Positions 36,710-50,882 are shown, counted from the first letter of the whole stretch. The stretch is DNA of 63,409 nucleotides, filler included, from Octopus bimaculoides (GCF_001194135.2; 3 parts of 2 records of this genome joined end to end with filler, not necessarily neighbours in it), one strand, 5' to 3'. Translations and numbers: made by a program. Notes: generated by a model not told the origin, from the sequence alone.

Positions 36710-37120
36710 NNNNNNNNNNNNNNNNNNNNNNNNNNNNNNNNNNNNNNNNNNNNNNNNNNNNNNNNNNNNNNNNNNNNNNNNNNNNNNNNNNNNNNNNNNN
36801 NNNNNNNNNNNNNNNNNNNNNNNNNNNNNNNNNNNNNNNNNNNNNNNNNNNNNNNNNNNNNNNNNNNNNNNNNNNNNNNNNNNNNNNNNNNNNNNNNNNN
36901 NNNNNNNNNNNNNNNNNNNNNNNNNNNNNNNNNNNNNNNNNNNNNNNNNNNNNNNNNNNNNNNNNNNNNNNNNNNNNNNNNNNNNNNNNNNNNNNNNNNN
37001 NNNNNNNNNNNNNNNNNNNNNNNNNNNNNNNNNNNNNNNNNNNNNNNNNNNNNNNNNNNNNNNNNNNNNNNNNNNNNNNNNNNNNNNNNNNNNNNNNNNT
37101 ATATATGTTAGTGTGTGTGT

Positions 37121-37470
37121 GGAAGCGCAATGGCCCAGTCGACTCACGGCCATAGGATCGTGGTTTCGATTGCCAGACCGGGTGCTGGGAGTGTTCATTG
37201 AGTTAAAACACCTCAAGATACCATGGATCCGCCAGGGTGTAGTGGCGAACCCTGCTGTATGTTTGCAGCACAACGTTCTCTCACTGTCTCTTCCTGTTGC
37301 TGTTGTAACTGTATTTCAGAGGGCCAGCCTTGTCGCATTCTGTGTCACGCTGAATCTCCCTGAGAACTACGTTAAGCATACACGTGTCTATCGAGTGCTC
37401 AGACACATGCACGTTAATTTCACGAGCAGGCTGTTCCGTTGAACGGATCAACTGGAACCTCCGTAGTCGT
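37121..37470 (+). mobile_element. tRNA-derived SINE family D
   Basis: ggaagcgcaatggcccagt...ggtttcgattgcc head and a long body recalled as an octopus SINE. Confidence 0.7.
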
Positions 37471-39039
37471 ATCTACAATACACCAGATATCTTTACAAAC
37501 TGTTCTATACTATTACACATATTTGATTATAGAAATACAATGGGGCATTTTGAAATCTTCAACTGGTTATATATGTCCGGTAGAGTAAAATGAGTATGAA
37601 AGGGTACCGGTGGCAAACATTGGTTCAGAACAACTGTTTTAGTTATATCTATGTGTAGGCATAGTAAATATATATGGTTAGTTCCGATGTAACACTAAAT
37701 ATAATACATGAAAAAACCGCAACGTTTTGAAGGTGTGAGAGGAAACTAATATCAACAATGTCAGCTTTCACTTTATGCCCATTCCATTTCAGTACATATA
37801 TGCATATATGGTTAGTTCATTCTGTAAATTATCAGCATAAACAATATCATTTTGATCTGTTATTTCGCTCTTATAAACTAGGTATACGTAAAGAATATAT
37901 CAAGAATAAAAAAAGAGTTTGAAAACAAAAGAAATTAGTATTGTGAAAAGATCAAAAAATTAGATTTGAAAAAAAAGGTATACTTGATAATGATGTATCT
38001 CAGTTACCTGGAATTCAATGGGATTTTAGAAAATATAATATTCGTTGTATCGTTTGAGAGGAATATAATAGATCGAAGATTTGAAACTGAAATATAGAGA
38101 GATAATATTGACAGTAGGCTATCATATAATCGATAGGATATGGAGACTAACACGTATATAAGTGGAAACAGGTATATCATTGGAATAAATAACCACAATG
38201 ACGCACACATGCTCAAACGCAGAGATATACGATATAGCATTTAAAAATAAACAAATATAAGCATAACTATTTAAACAAGTGTAAATATAAATGAAAGTAA
38301 ACAAAAGAAAATCGTTAAGTTATCAAATATTATAAATGCAACTGTAAAAATAATACATAATCTCAATACAACAACAAACACTATAACATTAAACAATACA
38401 CACACAATTCTATAAACATGTATTATTTTATTGATTTCATATAAGTGCTTTGTATACTCATTCCTTGTGTGATGTTATTTATGGAACACAAGTAAAATGT
38501 ATTGAAAGAGCACGATGTATTGCCTCCACTCCTGTTTTTTTTATTCATGATCTGCGTTTGAAAATATCTGAATGGAACTACAGAAAAGAAAAAAAAAACA
38601 GAATAGTAATTCATTCCTTCCTTACATATATATCCGTTGAAATAAAATTTTAACCACCAGAATTTTAAACCTTAATAATACACCGGATCAATCTACCACA
38701 CCTCACAAATGTAATACATGATCATGTGTATAGGGCACTTGTTTATATCAAACTATATACAGCAGAAGAAAATGCATTGCCACATATAACCATAGCATTC
38801 AATTGAATATCAATATAATTACTTTCGAAAACATTGAAGCCATTGGTCCCAAAAATTTTACTTCCTATTTCTGTTCTGTACTCGACTGCTTTGTTCTCAA
38901 GCGTATGTATATTGAATTCTAACTCTAAGTTATTACTATTCGTGTGGAAATGGAATGTGAATAGAGCTACTATATGCATATATTTGGTGTGAGTAGGGAC
39001 ACACACATCAGCGTTCGTGTGCATGTTTTCTTTTCTTTT

Positions 39040-39480
39040 AGTGATATTTTTGGGCGTTTATGTAAGCATTCGATCTATGTAGGAATACAATATCTGTGGG
39101 GTCTTATATTGAGAGTTATCGAAAAAAGTTTATTGAGTCTGTGTGCGTCGTGTTGATGCGTGTATGTTTGTTAGTGGGGGCTTTAGTTTATGTTACAATC
39201 AAACTCTTGCTCGGACAATCCAAACATTTGTCGAAGACTGAACTTGGGGCACTGGTGATTATTGTCAGAAGTCATGCTGGTATAATAGGATGTACTTCCT
39301 TTCATGTGAGCAAATATTAACATTCTCAAAGTGTACATATTAAATATTTTGCTGAAACTATTTGTACGAGGGAAGTGCTTGTCTACTATGCAAAGGAAAA
39401 TCTTACTAGCGTTTTAACATTTAAATACAAGCGTGGTGTGAATAGATTCCGCGTGCGCTTTCTGTTGGAGGAGTTAAAGT
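39040..39480 (-). pseudogene. Penelope-like retroelement relic
   Basis: RKRTRNLFTPRLYLNVKT...DKHFPRTNSFSKIFN (cf. RKRNIIWFNPPYSxNVKT...DKHFPxxxxxxKIFNRN). Confidence 0.75.
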
Positions 39481-39589
39481 ATGGTGTGCAACTATTTCTA
39501 TATTTGAAACAGCTGCCGGCGAGAGCCTCATTCTAGCAGGAGGCGGCAGAATCGAAAAACGTTTTGCGTGAAGACAGGTTAGGGATTCC

Positions 39590-39765
39590 CATGCTAACGT
39601 CCTTTAAATGCTTAGTGGTATTTCGTCTGCCGCTACCTTCTGAGTTCCGCCGAGGTCGACTTTGCCTTTCATAAATTCGAGATCGATGAAATAAGTACAA
39701 GTTACGCACTGGGGTCGATGTAATCGACTAGCTCCCCAACCAAATTTTCAAGTCCTTCTACCTAG
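39590..39765 (+). mobile_element. SINE family A copy
   Basis: Family core. Confidence 0.8.
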
Positions 39766-42429
39766 AGTAAAAATAATTATATCAGCAACATTGGTAAACG
39801 ATGGCTTATCAGATATAAACGCAACGAGTCCACTAAATCAATATATATTCCACCACGTCCTGTCAATGTCGTCCGATTTATCCCATTCTCTTGCGTCCAT
39901 ACCTGATGGGTTCTACTTCTCAATGAGTCTTCATTTACCAATGTTACTGGTATAATACTAATGCAATATATTATCTAATATAATAAATGTATTATTTATG
40001 AATATGATTATATATTTTGCATTCCTATTCTATATAAATATAATTATAATTGGTACATATTTTCCAGATAAAAGTGTTTATATATTTTCAGATAGTACGT
40101 TGTGAAACGCCTGCGTGAATACCGTTTGGCATGCACATGATTTATTTTCCAGTTTTATGTAAATCTATGCACGCATGTGTCTGTTCTTCTCATCATTTTC
40201 AAAAGTGGTTGACAGCGGGCCGCTATCATTATCCCTTCATGTATTGTTTTTTTTTCATTTTATTTGTTGTACCTTTTATTTTTTTTTAAAAATTGTTACG
40301 GCTTTTGTATGTTACAAACGTATGTAATATCATGCAGTTCGAAAATATTTTTTTATCTGGAAATTTCAAGTTTTTATCTGTTACCACAGTTAAACATCAA
40401 TTTATAATTTGTAATTTTGTATTTTTTTAATACTTCAATATGTTATTATCCTCCATGAAAGCAAACTTGCAATATACTCTTTATATTTGGTTACAGAGTT
40501 TAATACCCGAAGAATAAGTGCATAGCATGTTCGCTTGTAAATGAATGCAGGAATAATCATAGTTATATACCCATTTTGTATTCTTCGTATTTTATTTTAG
40601 CATATCTATCCGGCTATCTAACTATCTAAATAGAAAGCACTGAGTATTTCAAGTTTATATAAACTGCTTTGCATTTTTGTGAATTACCTTTTCTTGTCAT
40701 CATTCTATACGTTCATTATTTGCTGTTCATTCTATATGTTCAGAATTTAGAGGCTCACGAAAATAAAGACTGAAGTTAATTATAAATTCATGAGAAACAG
40801 CGTTGAATTTAAAACAAAGATAAGATTTCTCTCGCGATAGAGAAGTACATTTCTATGTATGGATGCGTCCCACAGTTTGGAGTGTTATACACAATAAGAA
40901 ATTGAACTCCGAAATGATAGTTCTGTTACCTTTGAATTCAAGTTTGGTCAGTTGTGTTTGTCTGAGAATTCGCAGCTCAATCGCAAAAGGAACACTACCG
41001 GTGAATTATTGATTTATGGCAAAGAGAAAATCGTCATACAACAAATGTCACAAAGCCAAAACTTAAATAATGACTCAATTTTTATAACTATTGTTGTTTT
41101 ATTATATCTTTTAGAGCTGGAATTATCTCTTATTCATTCTCTCCTATCTTTCTCTCTCTCTATCTATCTATCTCTGAATATGTATCCTTTATTTTCTATA
41201 TCACGGGACTAATTGTGTGTGCAATGGGGCTCTATATATGCGCATTCCTGTATAGTTGTATTTCTTCATGCAATATTTAATGTGTAATCTGTAAGGGAAA
41301 ACTGAGATTCGCTGTTGTGACCTACTGGAAGAAAATATTTCTGACATTATATTTTAAAGCTGGTGGTTGTGGAGCCATTATTGCCGGTTATTGAATATAT
41401 CTGTCCCTGCTTTTTGAGAATAGAGGGAGTGGATTGATGTGATGCTATCTATGTGCGTATACTTGAGCGTAGGAATGCAGTTTGCTCTCAAGAATTGTGT
41501 CCTTATTTTTTGCTCTCAAATATCTGTTTAGTGATTTATTAATATGTCGATAATATTTTTATAGCTGGTGTTGAAACCCGGATAACGGATGACATTGCTT
41601 CAGTCAATGGGGATTAGAACGTTTCAAGAGAAATATATTTTTCTTGCAGCAAGGGTCATCTATCTTCGTAATATGCACTGTGCTTTTGTACAACGGTAGC
41701 TCTGATGTGATTTGGGATAGCCAATGTGGTGGAAATTTGTTTTGTGAAAATTAGTATATTTTCTAAAACTTAAGACTGCTCATATGTGCTTGATAAGTGG
41801 GGATATACTTTCTTTACGTTATGTTTAACTAATCCTGTCATTTTATTTTATATTGGAACAGTCTAAAATATCGGTAGATATGCATGCAACTAAGAATAAC
41901 CGTAGGTGACTCTAGACGTAGGGATTCATTTGGCCATAGTTTATTGAAATAAATATCTTTTTGATTTTACAGTCGATTACACTGTATTGTTGGGTTGACA
42001 GTTACACTTTATTCCCTCTAGCTCCGTTATCTCTTTGTGAACACAAGGCTTCCAAATGGGAATTACACCCACAAGTGTAGCATGTAAGCTTCCTATTTTC
42101 TAACATGTACAAGAGATGTACCTATTTCTCCAGCTCAACAAGATAAATGATCTTGCCGAATATCCAGCCCAATGTCGAATAAATTTTCTTTACGATATGT
42201 TTTAATATAAAGAATTGATTCCGCGACTTACATAACTACTGACGTCGCCTAAAAGAACGGATTTTTAAGTTCATTTTAGTTCATTCTTTCTGTCGAAATG
42301 GGAAGTTGTAATGAAAGCCAATGTCTTCGTCTACATTGAATATATTACAATATGTGGAAACTTTATGGTGAAATGAGGTGCGATGTGACCGTTATTCTTA
42401 TTTTTATGAATCAGCACGTTTAATACAGT

Positions 42430-42605
42430 TCTATATTTAAGAGATGAAGAATGATGTGCATTATTTACATTATTTGCTTATTTACAGTCAATAGATATGT
42501 GTCCTCATCTTTTTTGCTGTTAACACAACGTTTCGGCTTATATACCCTCCAGCTTTCTTCAGGTGTCTTAGGGAAATTTTGAACATGGGTTCTCATTCCT
42601 AAGGT
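42430..42605 (-). mobile_element. Hammerhead-motif repeat, copy 3
   Basis: GACAC-CTGAAGA-A-AGCT...AGCC-GAAA-CG-TT-GTGTT at 42567-42522; homologous to the copies at 26 kb. Confidence 0.7.
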
Positions 42606-42629
42606 ATTTTCGATGTAATTATTATCATT

Positions 42630-42835
42630 ATTATTTTATGTTTGACGTTTGCTTTGCATTTGTACAAGTTGGATCCAAGTCTCACCAAGAGACCTCAAGA
42701 GACAACAAGTTAGAAGTTCATGTAGGTGTTATGCCTGGGGTACGATACATTTGGATTTGTACATAGTGTTGTTCTAGAGAATGTTTAAGAAACTATAAGA
42801 AAATTATGTGTTTGTTTTAAAATTTGAGATCACAT
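42630..42835 (-). mobile_element. Second copy of the 9304-9499 retroelement 3' end
   Basis: Direct alignment over ~200 bp. Confidence 0.8.
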
Positions 42836-42844
42836 AAACAGTAT

Positions 42845-43344
42845 TATTATTATTGTTCAATAGTTTTATTTTTATAACATACTTTCACTTCACTACCGAG
42901 CGCAGCTCTGTGCACCTTGGGTATGTGCTGTGGTTTGCTGTGATGCTCTTATGGTTACTGTATTGAAAGTGTTTTGTGTAGGATATGTGCAGTGCCCAGT
43001 AGTGCAATTTTCTGTATGTTATATATATTTGTAAGTCCTGTTGTTTTCGTTTTGTATTTGTCTGAATATTTTTTTATTATACCTAAGGCACCTACTATGA
43101 AAGGAATTGTTTCTGTTTTTAGATTCCACGTTCGAGTTACCTCTATTTCCAGGTCTTTCTATTTTAAATTTTTTTCCATTTCTTTTAGGGAAACGTTGTC
43201 ATCTGCTGGTATTGATACATCAATTAGAAAACATTTATTTATTCGTGATCTTTGACAACTATATCTGGTCTATTTGCCTTAATTTCTCTATCTGCGTGTA
43301 TTGGCATATCCCAGGGTATGGTTGCTTTCTCGTTTTCTGTGACC

Positions 43345-43345
<1 letters not shown>
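42845..43345 (-). mobile_element. 5'-truncated Dong/R4-type non-LTR retrotransposon (restriction-like endonuclease domain and 3' UTR)
   Basis: WDMPIHADREIKANRPDIVVKD / CFLIDVSIPADDNVSLKEMEK..K*KDLEIE...IVGALG...QKIALLGTAHIL (PD-(D/E)xK REL signature); one frameshift and one stop; (AAT)n on both sides. Confidence 0.85.
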
Positions 43346-43396
<51 letters not shown>

Positions 43397-43400
43397 CATT

Positions 43401-43436
<36 letters not shown>

Positions 43437-44351
43437 CGGATAAAATGAGTACTACGCTTATAAGAATGTTCCTGTGTCCATTTGTTCGAATAAAATCCTT
43501 GAAGTTGGTACCCCAGCATGACCGCAGTCAAATGACTGAAACAAGTAAGAGATAAAAGATAATATATATTTTGCACATCATTGTAAAAATTGTAACAGAT
43601 GAAATAAATTGAAACTTGACAAAGTAATACATCAGATGAAATGAAATTGTAAGTGAATGTTTCATTGATGTTCAAGTGAGAAGTATGGAGGCACGTTGTC
43701 TCTTCACCGATCGTTCACTGTTAGTTATGCACACCTCGGAAAAATCATACAAAGCTTCGATCCTCTATGCTTAGCTTCAACCAGCAGTCTCATTAAAGAG
43801 TCGTATATCATGATACAACTTTAGAGAGTAACCTATTTGCTTACTTGTGCGGATGAAACTCGCCATATATTAGACCATACATAGACGTGGGTATGTCATT
43901 TCTGAGAAGCCTTTCTGGGTTTTTTTTTTTTTTCATTTTCCACCACAGTCACTTCTACAAAATATACGTTTAAACACTTTTTCGACACTCGGTGATTCTT
44001 GCAATGTTTAAGTATATCTGACTCCCAAAGGTGTACGATGTGAAGTATAAGATGTGTTTTTCCGTAATTAATGAAAGCGCGTATATACCAATTAGGCACA
44101 ATACCATGGTACTAGCCTAAAATAAGGCTAATTTATATAGCAGCATATGCAAGAAGACGGATTAGTATTCACTCAGGGGTGTAACCGATAAAATGACTCG
44201 AAACATTTTTCTTCGCACGTTAGCATTCAATAAAAAATAGAATGAGTTCATATCCATAATTCGCCCACATTTATGACGTTTAATGCTTAAATTTATTTCT
44301 TCTGATTTACTCCACTTGAGCATACACACAGACACACATATATATATATCT

Positions 44352-44397
<46 letters not shown>

Positions 44398-44704
44398 GTA
44401 TATGTATGTATCTGTATATATATATATATATAAGTGTATGGGTGTGTGAGTGTGCGTGTATGTGTCTGGATACACACACACACGCACATATGAATAATAT
44501 AACTTCGTGTAACTCGGTTCTGTGATTATGTACTTGCAAATCGTGCTAAATACAATAATTCTAGCTATGTCTTTCCTTTCTCTGAATATATTTTTACTTA
44601 CTTTTTCTTTCAAATATTTAACTACAGACTTCATATTACACGCATATACGATTTTATTTCTTTCTTTGCTATCTTCATATCTCTTACATTTCCTATTTCG
44701 GTAC

Positions 44705-44735
44705 AATTATTATTATTATTATTATTATTATTATG

Positions 44736-44771
<36 letters not shown>

Positions 44772-44774
44772 TTG

Positions 44775-44857
<83 letters not shown>

Positions 44858-44858
44858 T
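44705..44858 (+). repeat. (TTA)n microsatellite, representative of many
   Basis: Seen directly. Other (AAT/TTA)n tracts lie at 33667-33812, 43345-43400 and 49456-49572, and (TG)n, (TA)n and (AG)n tracts occur throughout. Confidence 0.95.
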
Positions 44859-46530
44859 GCCCTTTTTTATGAATCCATCAATACGAATATTTTGATGCAT
44901 TTGCTATTGCTTTAACGTTAAAAACATTACATAGAGAATTCTCTTATACTTTACATTTTTACTGAAGATAACATTTTATACTCCATTTTGTTCATCGTAC
45001 TGTAAATCTTTACATTTTCATGTCATTTATATTTTCTTCTTTTTTTTTTCTGAAATGTTGTTGCTTGATTTTGTTTAGCTTAATGCCTATTTTCTTACCG
45101 TTTTTCTAGTTCAAAAACGACATGCAATATTTTCTTTCTCAAATTGTCTTCATACGTGAGGATTTTTGTTTTATACTATAATTCCATACGACTTAATACT
45201 TGGTTAAATATATTCTCATATTCCTGTATATATTAAGTGTAAACTGATAGGTATTATATATATTACGTTTGAGAGTGAGTGCATGTGTGTGTGTGTGTTA
45301 GTATTTTAGGAGAATGAAACAAAAAGAGAAGACAGACACATTTTCGGCAAGGTATTAATGTTATTACGTTAGACAATATCATTGAAACATTACTCGACGA
45401 TTCGGACATGTCGTCCATCAGCAGAAAATACCAGTATGAAGATGAAAACTGTGGTAGAAATATGGAGGAAAAATATGAGAATATGGTGACAAACATACAT
45501 GTATATTCACATGCACAAACGCACACTCACACATACATGCCCACCCATATTAATAGTAGGATTCGTTAGAATTTTTGTATAAAAACATGGGAGGGCTGAC
45601 AACATATTGAATCTACAGTGCATTGAAACAACTGATACGTCTATTTGTTGGTAGTATACTGTACGTATGTATATATACACAAACATGCATCTCTTTAAGT
45701 ACATAAATATAGACACAGACAGATGCATATAAACATAGTTACCCAATATAATACATGGTTCCAGGTTTAGCATAAGTATAAAAAGTTACACGAGTTGGGT
45801 TCAAAATTCACAACAGTAGTTCAGTAGAATTTTATTGATACATTTTAAGACTAAAACATGGAAAATCCCCACCAGCTTCAGTTAAATGTTAGACATATCA
45901 ACAGGAAAGGCACAAATAGAATGTGGTCATTTCCCCATCAAGGGAAATTTTGGGAAAGCACAATATAATTTATAGGAAAATTGGGTCATGGGAACAGATA
46001 TCAAAGAGTTTAAGCTTACTTATTTTCATGTTGCTATGTTAATCAGAACAACTAATACCGAAGCGCTTCCATAATATGATACAAAAAGTACCATGATTTC
46101 AACCTGTTAAGTCTTACGTAGTTCCACTGACGAAATTGTGTATTCGATTTAAGGGCGTATTCGATTTAAGTATTATCTGACAAATACTTGATACTATATC
46201 ATACGCCTCCTAATGAGTTCATTTTTATGTATTTCACTTGTAAATGGGATGATATTTGGTAATCCAGTATATGACTACCGAGTCGAATTTTTATGTATTA
46301 TTTAGAATTTATTTCTTATAAATTGTTTATCTTATGTCGCTTTGTGATGCGTTTGACTTTGTATTACGTTATCTGTTTTACATCGTATATCTATATATTT
46401 TACATCTACATATGTCAAGCTATAACGTGTTGTCCGTGTAGATATGATTGACTGGGTGTCTAAAAACATACATATGTGCGTATATAAAATATATGTAATA
46501 TGTGTGTGTAGATATGTATGTGTGTATGTA

Positions 46531-46567
<37 letters not shown>

Positions 46568-47667
46568 GTATATATATATGTGTGTGTGCGTGTGTGTATA
46601 TATAGGTGTATATGTATGCGTGTGTGTATATATGCAATTGTGTTTGCGCTTGTGTACATGTGTGTGTTTGTGATAGATGTATTTGCGACGCGCATTCAGA
46701 CACTCGTGTAAGGACATGCATGTGTATATGTGTGCGTAAGCAAAAACATGGAGATGTTTAACAGGTCACACATGTAGATATAAACTTACAAATATAACTA
46801 TGTGAACATATGTTTGTGTTTGTCTATGTGTCTGTGTCTTTCTAAACACATATGACTATATATATATAGGGATACACATCTATATATAAACTATATATGT
46901 GGATATATAACTATATATAAACTATATCGGTAAGGTGAGAGTATATATGAAGGGAGATGATATATAAAATGTCAAACTATTTTCAAATGAAACCTCGCTT
47001 TACATGTGAATGTTTAATATGTGAATAGGTCAATGTTTTAAACGGAAACATATCAAAGCTTACGCCCAAGTGAAATACGCTATCAAAGTTATTTTCACAT
47101 CCACTAAAAAAATAAAAGTTTGCATATGCAGAATTTCTACTATTTTAGCATTTGAAGCTTTCACCAAACACCCCTGTTACAGGCTATTCTCCACATCACC
47201 TAGTCAATTTTACAGGTATTGTTTTGAAATCTGCAATTTAGAAGTAGCGAATAAGACGATCATAGCGTCAGCAGTAGTATTCCACTAGTATTTATTTAAT
47301 GCACCGTGACAGGATGAAAGGCAAAGCCGACTACAGCTGAATTTGCATTCAGTAGGTAAGACAGACTAGATACCGCTAAGTATTTTGTACGATGTAGAGA
47401 CATAATAGTATTAAAAATTTCAGCGTGTAACAATGAAAGCGAGCGCACACAAAGACACACACACACATACACTCACACATTCACCCCCCCCACACACACA
47501 AGCATACACACACAATCATTCACACACAAGCATACACACACACACATGCACACACAAGCACACACAAACATACATGTGTACATATGTAAATACATTGTAG
47601 CGCACATGAAGGATACACATACACAAACTCACAGAAGAAACATATTTATCTATCTATGCGAATTAGG

Positions 47668-47708
<41 letters not shown>

Positions 47709-47822
47709 CACATAGACGCAGAGAGATAAATACACATAAACACAAACATGCATATGCTCGCGCGAGAACACGCACAATCAAACAAACAAAACCTCGCAGA
47801 TATATTTGTTAATCTACATATG

Positions 47823-48617
47823 CAGGGTGCGGTGAATGAACTCTTCAAAATTACGGAAAAATGGAAATAACACTCACCATATTTTAGTAGAAATATTTAC
47901 TAAAAATACGGAAAAATATCTTGAAATACTAAAGATAAAATGTATTCAATAAAATCGCCATCGACTTTAACACCGGCCTTAAGACAACTTCGGAATCTAT
48001 TGCAAATATTGTGGACGATCTCCTTGCTTGACATGGTGAATGCTGCCATAGCACCTCACTTCAGTTAATCTTTGGTGTTACAAGGTGTTTTGTTGGTCTC
48101 TCGCTCAGCTGTGCCCCACACATAGTAATCGAAAGAGTTGCAGACTGGGAAGTTAGAATAGCCAATATATCAGGGCTGATGGAGAGGCAGAAAATGTTTG
48201 ACACACACGATTAGGTTCTCGTAATTGTGTGGCATGGTGCAGAGTCGTGTTGCCACATATAAGGTCCTCCACATTCACCTTCATGAGCGGGGGCTGCAAT
48301 ACCGCCTCTAAGCACTTCGTGTAGGCTTCTGGATTTATTCTGAGGCCGTGTGGGAAGATGAATGGAGATATAATTTAGCTGTCGTTAGTGGCCATAAAAA
48401 ACACCATGGTGTTGAATTGTTGTTTGATTGTTATCACTCTCGGTACATGTTTTGGTGACAATCTGTGTTTAGTTTGACACACAAATACTCTGGAATATTC
48501 GTATTGGGTCTTCCGGATCGAATGCCAAAGAGTAAACCATGTACTTTCCAAATTACTGGGAAAGTGAATTGCGTCATATTGCTGGTATTCCCACAGACGC
48601 GGACCTACGATACTCTG
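47823..48617 (-). mobile_element. Internally deleted DD37D/maT-type Tc1/mariner relic
   Basis: MTQFTFPVIWKVHGLLFGIRSG, PFIFPHGLRINPEAYTKCLE, YVWQHDSAPCHT; cagggtgc end at 47823; the other end is degenerate. Confidence 0.85.
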
Positions 48618-48798
48618 TATTCGACAAAATCAAAATCAAACAATACACATGCATGTAAATGAATATCTAAAATGGTGAAAGTTTACGCATCGCACACTAT
48701 ATATACATATACAAAAATGTATAGCAGCGCACATGCATGGATACACATACACACTCAAAAACAAATATCGATACCTATCTGTGAGAATGTTTACATCA

Positions 48799-48829
<31 letters not shown>

Positions 48830-49475
48830 TAGAGCGAGAGAGAGAGAGAGCGAGAGACAGAGAGAGTGATACAGGTAGATACAGTCTTGGAGAGATGAAT
48901 ACATATGTATACAGACATATAGACAGACATATGCATGCATACTAATAAATGTGTGTATGTGTGAGTCTGTGTGTGTGTGTATGTATGTGCATATGGTTTG
49001 TAATATATTTTTGGCAATATAAACTCATCGGTCGTGCATTAAACGGGATACATTTTGGTGCGTGCTCTAGTTAATGAATTATGAATATTTCTCTTCGAAT
49101 AGAAAATATACTAATCAAAAAATTAATTAAGAATTTTGCTTATTTTTTCCTGTGCTCTTGTTTGTTATTTTGTTTTCTTATTAATCTATTGCATCAATTT
49201 TTACTCCTTCAAATGAGGAAAAAAAAAAGCTACACGTATTGACAACCGACTCCTTCATTCAAACTAAAATAATCGCCTTACTTTTCGTTTTTTTTTTGTT
49301 TATGTGAATGCTAATATGGACAAACAGAAAGCAAGTGCACATTTCCAGGATATAATATTTATCTTAACAATTTTCACTGTGTTAGCTAATATCTTCGTTA
49401 ATGAATTCCAGCAATAATAACAACAACAGCAACAACAGCAGCAACAACAACAACAACAAGAAAAACAACAACAAC

Positions 49476-49574
<99 letters not shown>

Positions 49575-49637
49575 GTGTTGATGATAACATATGTAACCTA
49601 ATGTTAAGACACTGGCAATGATGCGGGGGAGATCTAC

Positions 49638-49683
<46 letters not shown>

Positions 49684-50438
49684 TGTAGCAGCAGCAGCAG
49701 CAGTGATAGTAGCAGCAGTTTTTCGCAGTGTCTTGGAAAATAATTAAAAGTGTTATTGAAAATGAATCCAATTATAATTTCGAAAATTGTATAATTGCAA
49801 CAGTCACCCTAATGAGTTCTAACTCCAGTTTTGGGTTAGTGACCTTGGAATGTGTACGTACACACTCAACAACAAATTATTATATATTCTGTGTTGAATA
49901 TTAAAAATAAGATTACGATTTTTTTCCTAAGTGTTATAATTGCAATAACTCTAATTACATTCTACCTTAAAAAATACATTTCCACAAGGTTGCGTTGAAA
50001 ATTCGCATTTGTTATTGATTTATGCACTGTTTATATTATTCATTTATTGGCAATAACAAAATAATATCAAGAAACTGTTTGGTAAAGCCACAGGTATCAC
50101 AGCAAGGGTTTATGCAATGGTCTGCATTCAGTTAAATGGTATATTTCCTTTCTTACAGAACAAGAATCATAGTTAATAGTATACATTTTTAAAGATGTAT
50201 TAGCAACAGAATTGGATTGAATGAGGCGGAACATATCAAATTCAGGACTCGGAATCATAGTTAATGTACTCTCAACTGTAATTATACGATATCCAATACA
50301 AATGGTGAAACTTACGTACTTTATGTTCTAAGAAGTGTATTCGAATACTTTCAAACTTTTTTCTTTGGGAAACTCTTTAAAATAATTCTATCAGATAGAT
50401 GAAAGTACAAAAATTTAACATGCTTTGTCTCACTGTTT

Positions 50439-50480
<42 letters not shown>

Positions 50481-50680
50481 GTGTGTGTGTGTGTAGGAAT
50501 TGTGTGCATGTCTTTTTTTCTTACACAGTAATATTCACAAACACATTTGCAAAAATATACGAGAATTTATTAATCCCGACGATCGTTTCCATATATCTTG
50601 CATCGATCCCTCATATATATATATATATATATATAAAATATATAGTTTTAGGGAAAATAAACAATTTTCAAGAACTCATC

Positions 50681-50882
50681 GATGAAAATACACTATCACA
50701 TACAGAAAAATCAATAATTAAAAGCACAATAAATGAGTATAATATAAAGTAAAGTAAATATCATAACATATAAATATAATAAATATAATATTTATCTTAT
50801 GATATTTACTTTACTTTATATTATACTCATTTATTGTGCTTTTAATTATTAATTTTTCTATATGTGATAGTGGATTTTCATC
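50681..50882. repeat. Near-perfect inverted repeat, 86-bp arms and 30-nt spacer
   Basis: 50681-50766 versus 50797-50882 with 3 mismatches; the right arm runs into an N-gap. Confidence 0.9.

Noticed and set aside
16897-37470. tRNA-like sequences at SINE 5' ends as tRNA genes
   Set aside because: No complete cloverleaf or acceptor stem; each continues into a SINE body.
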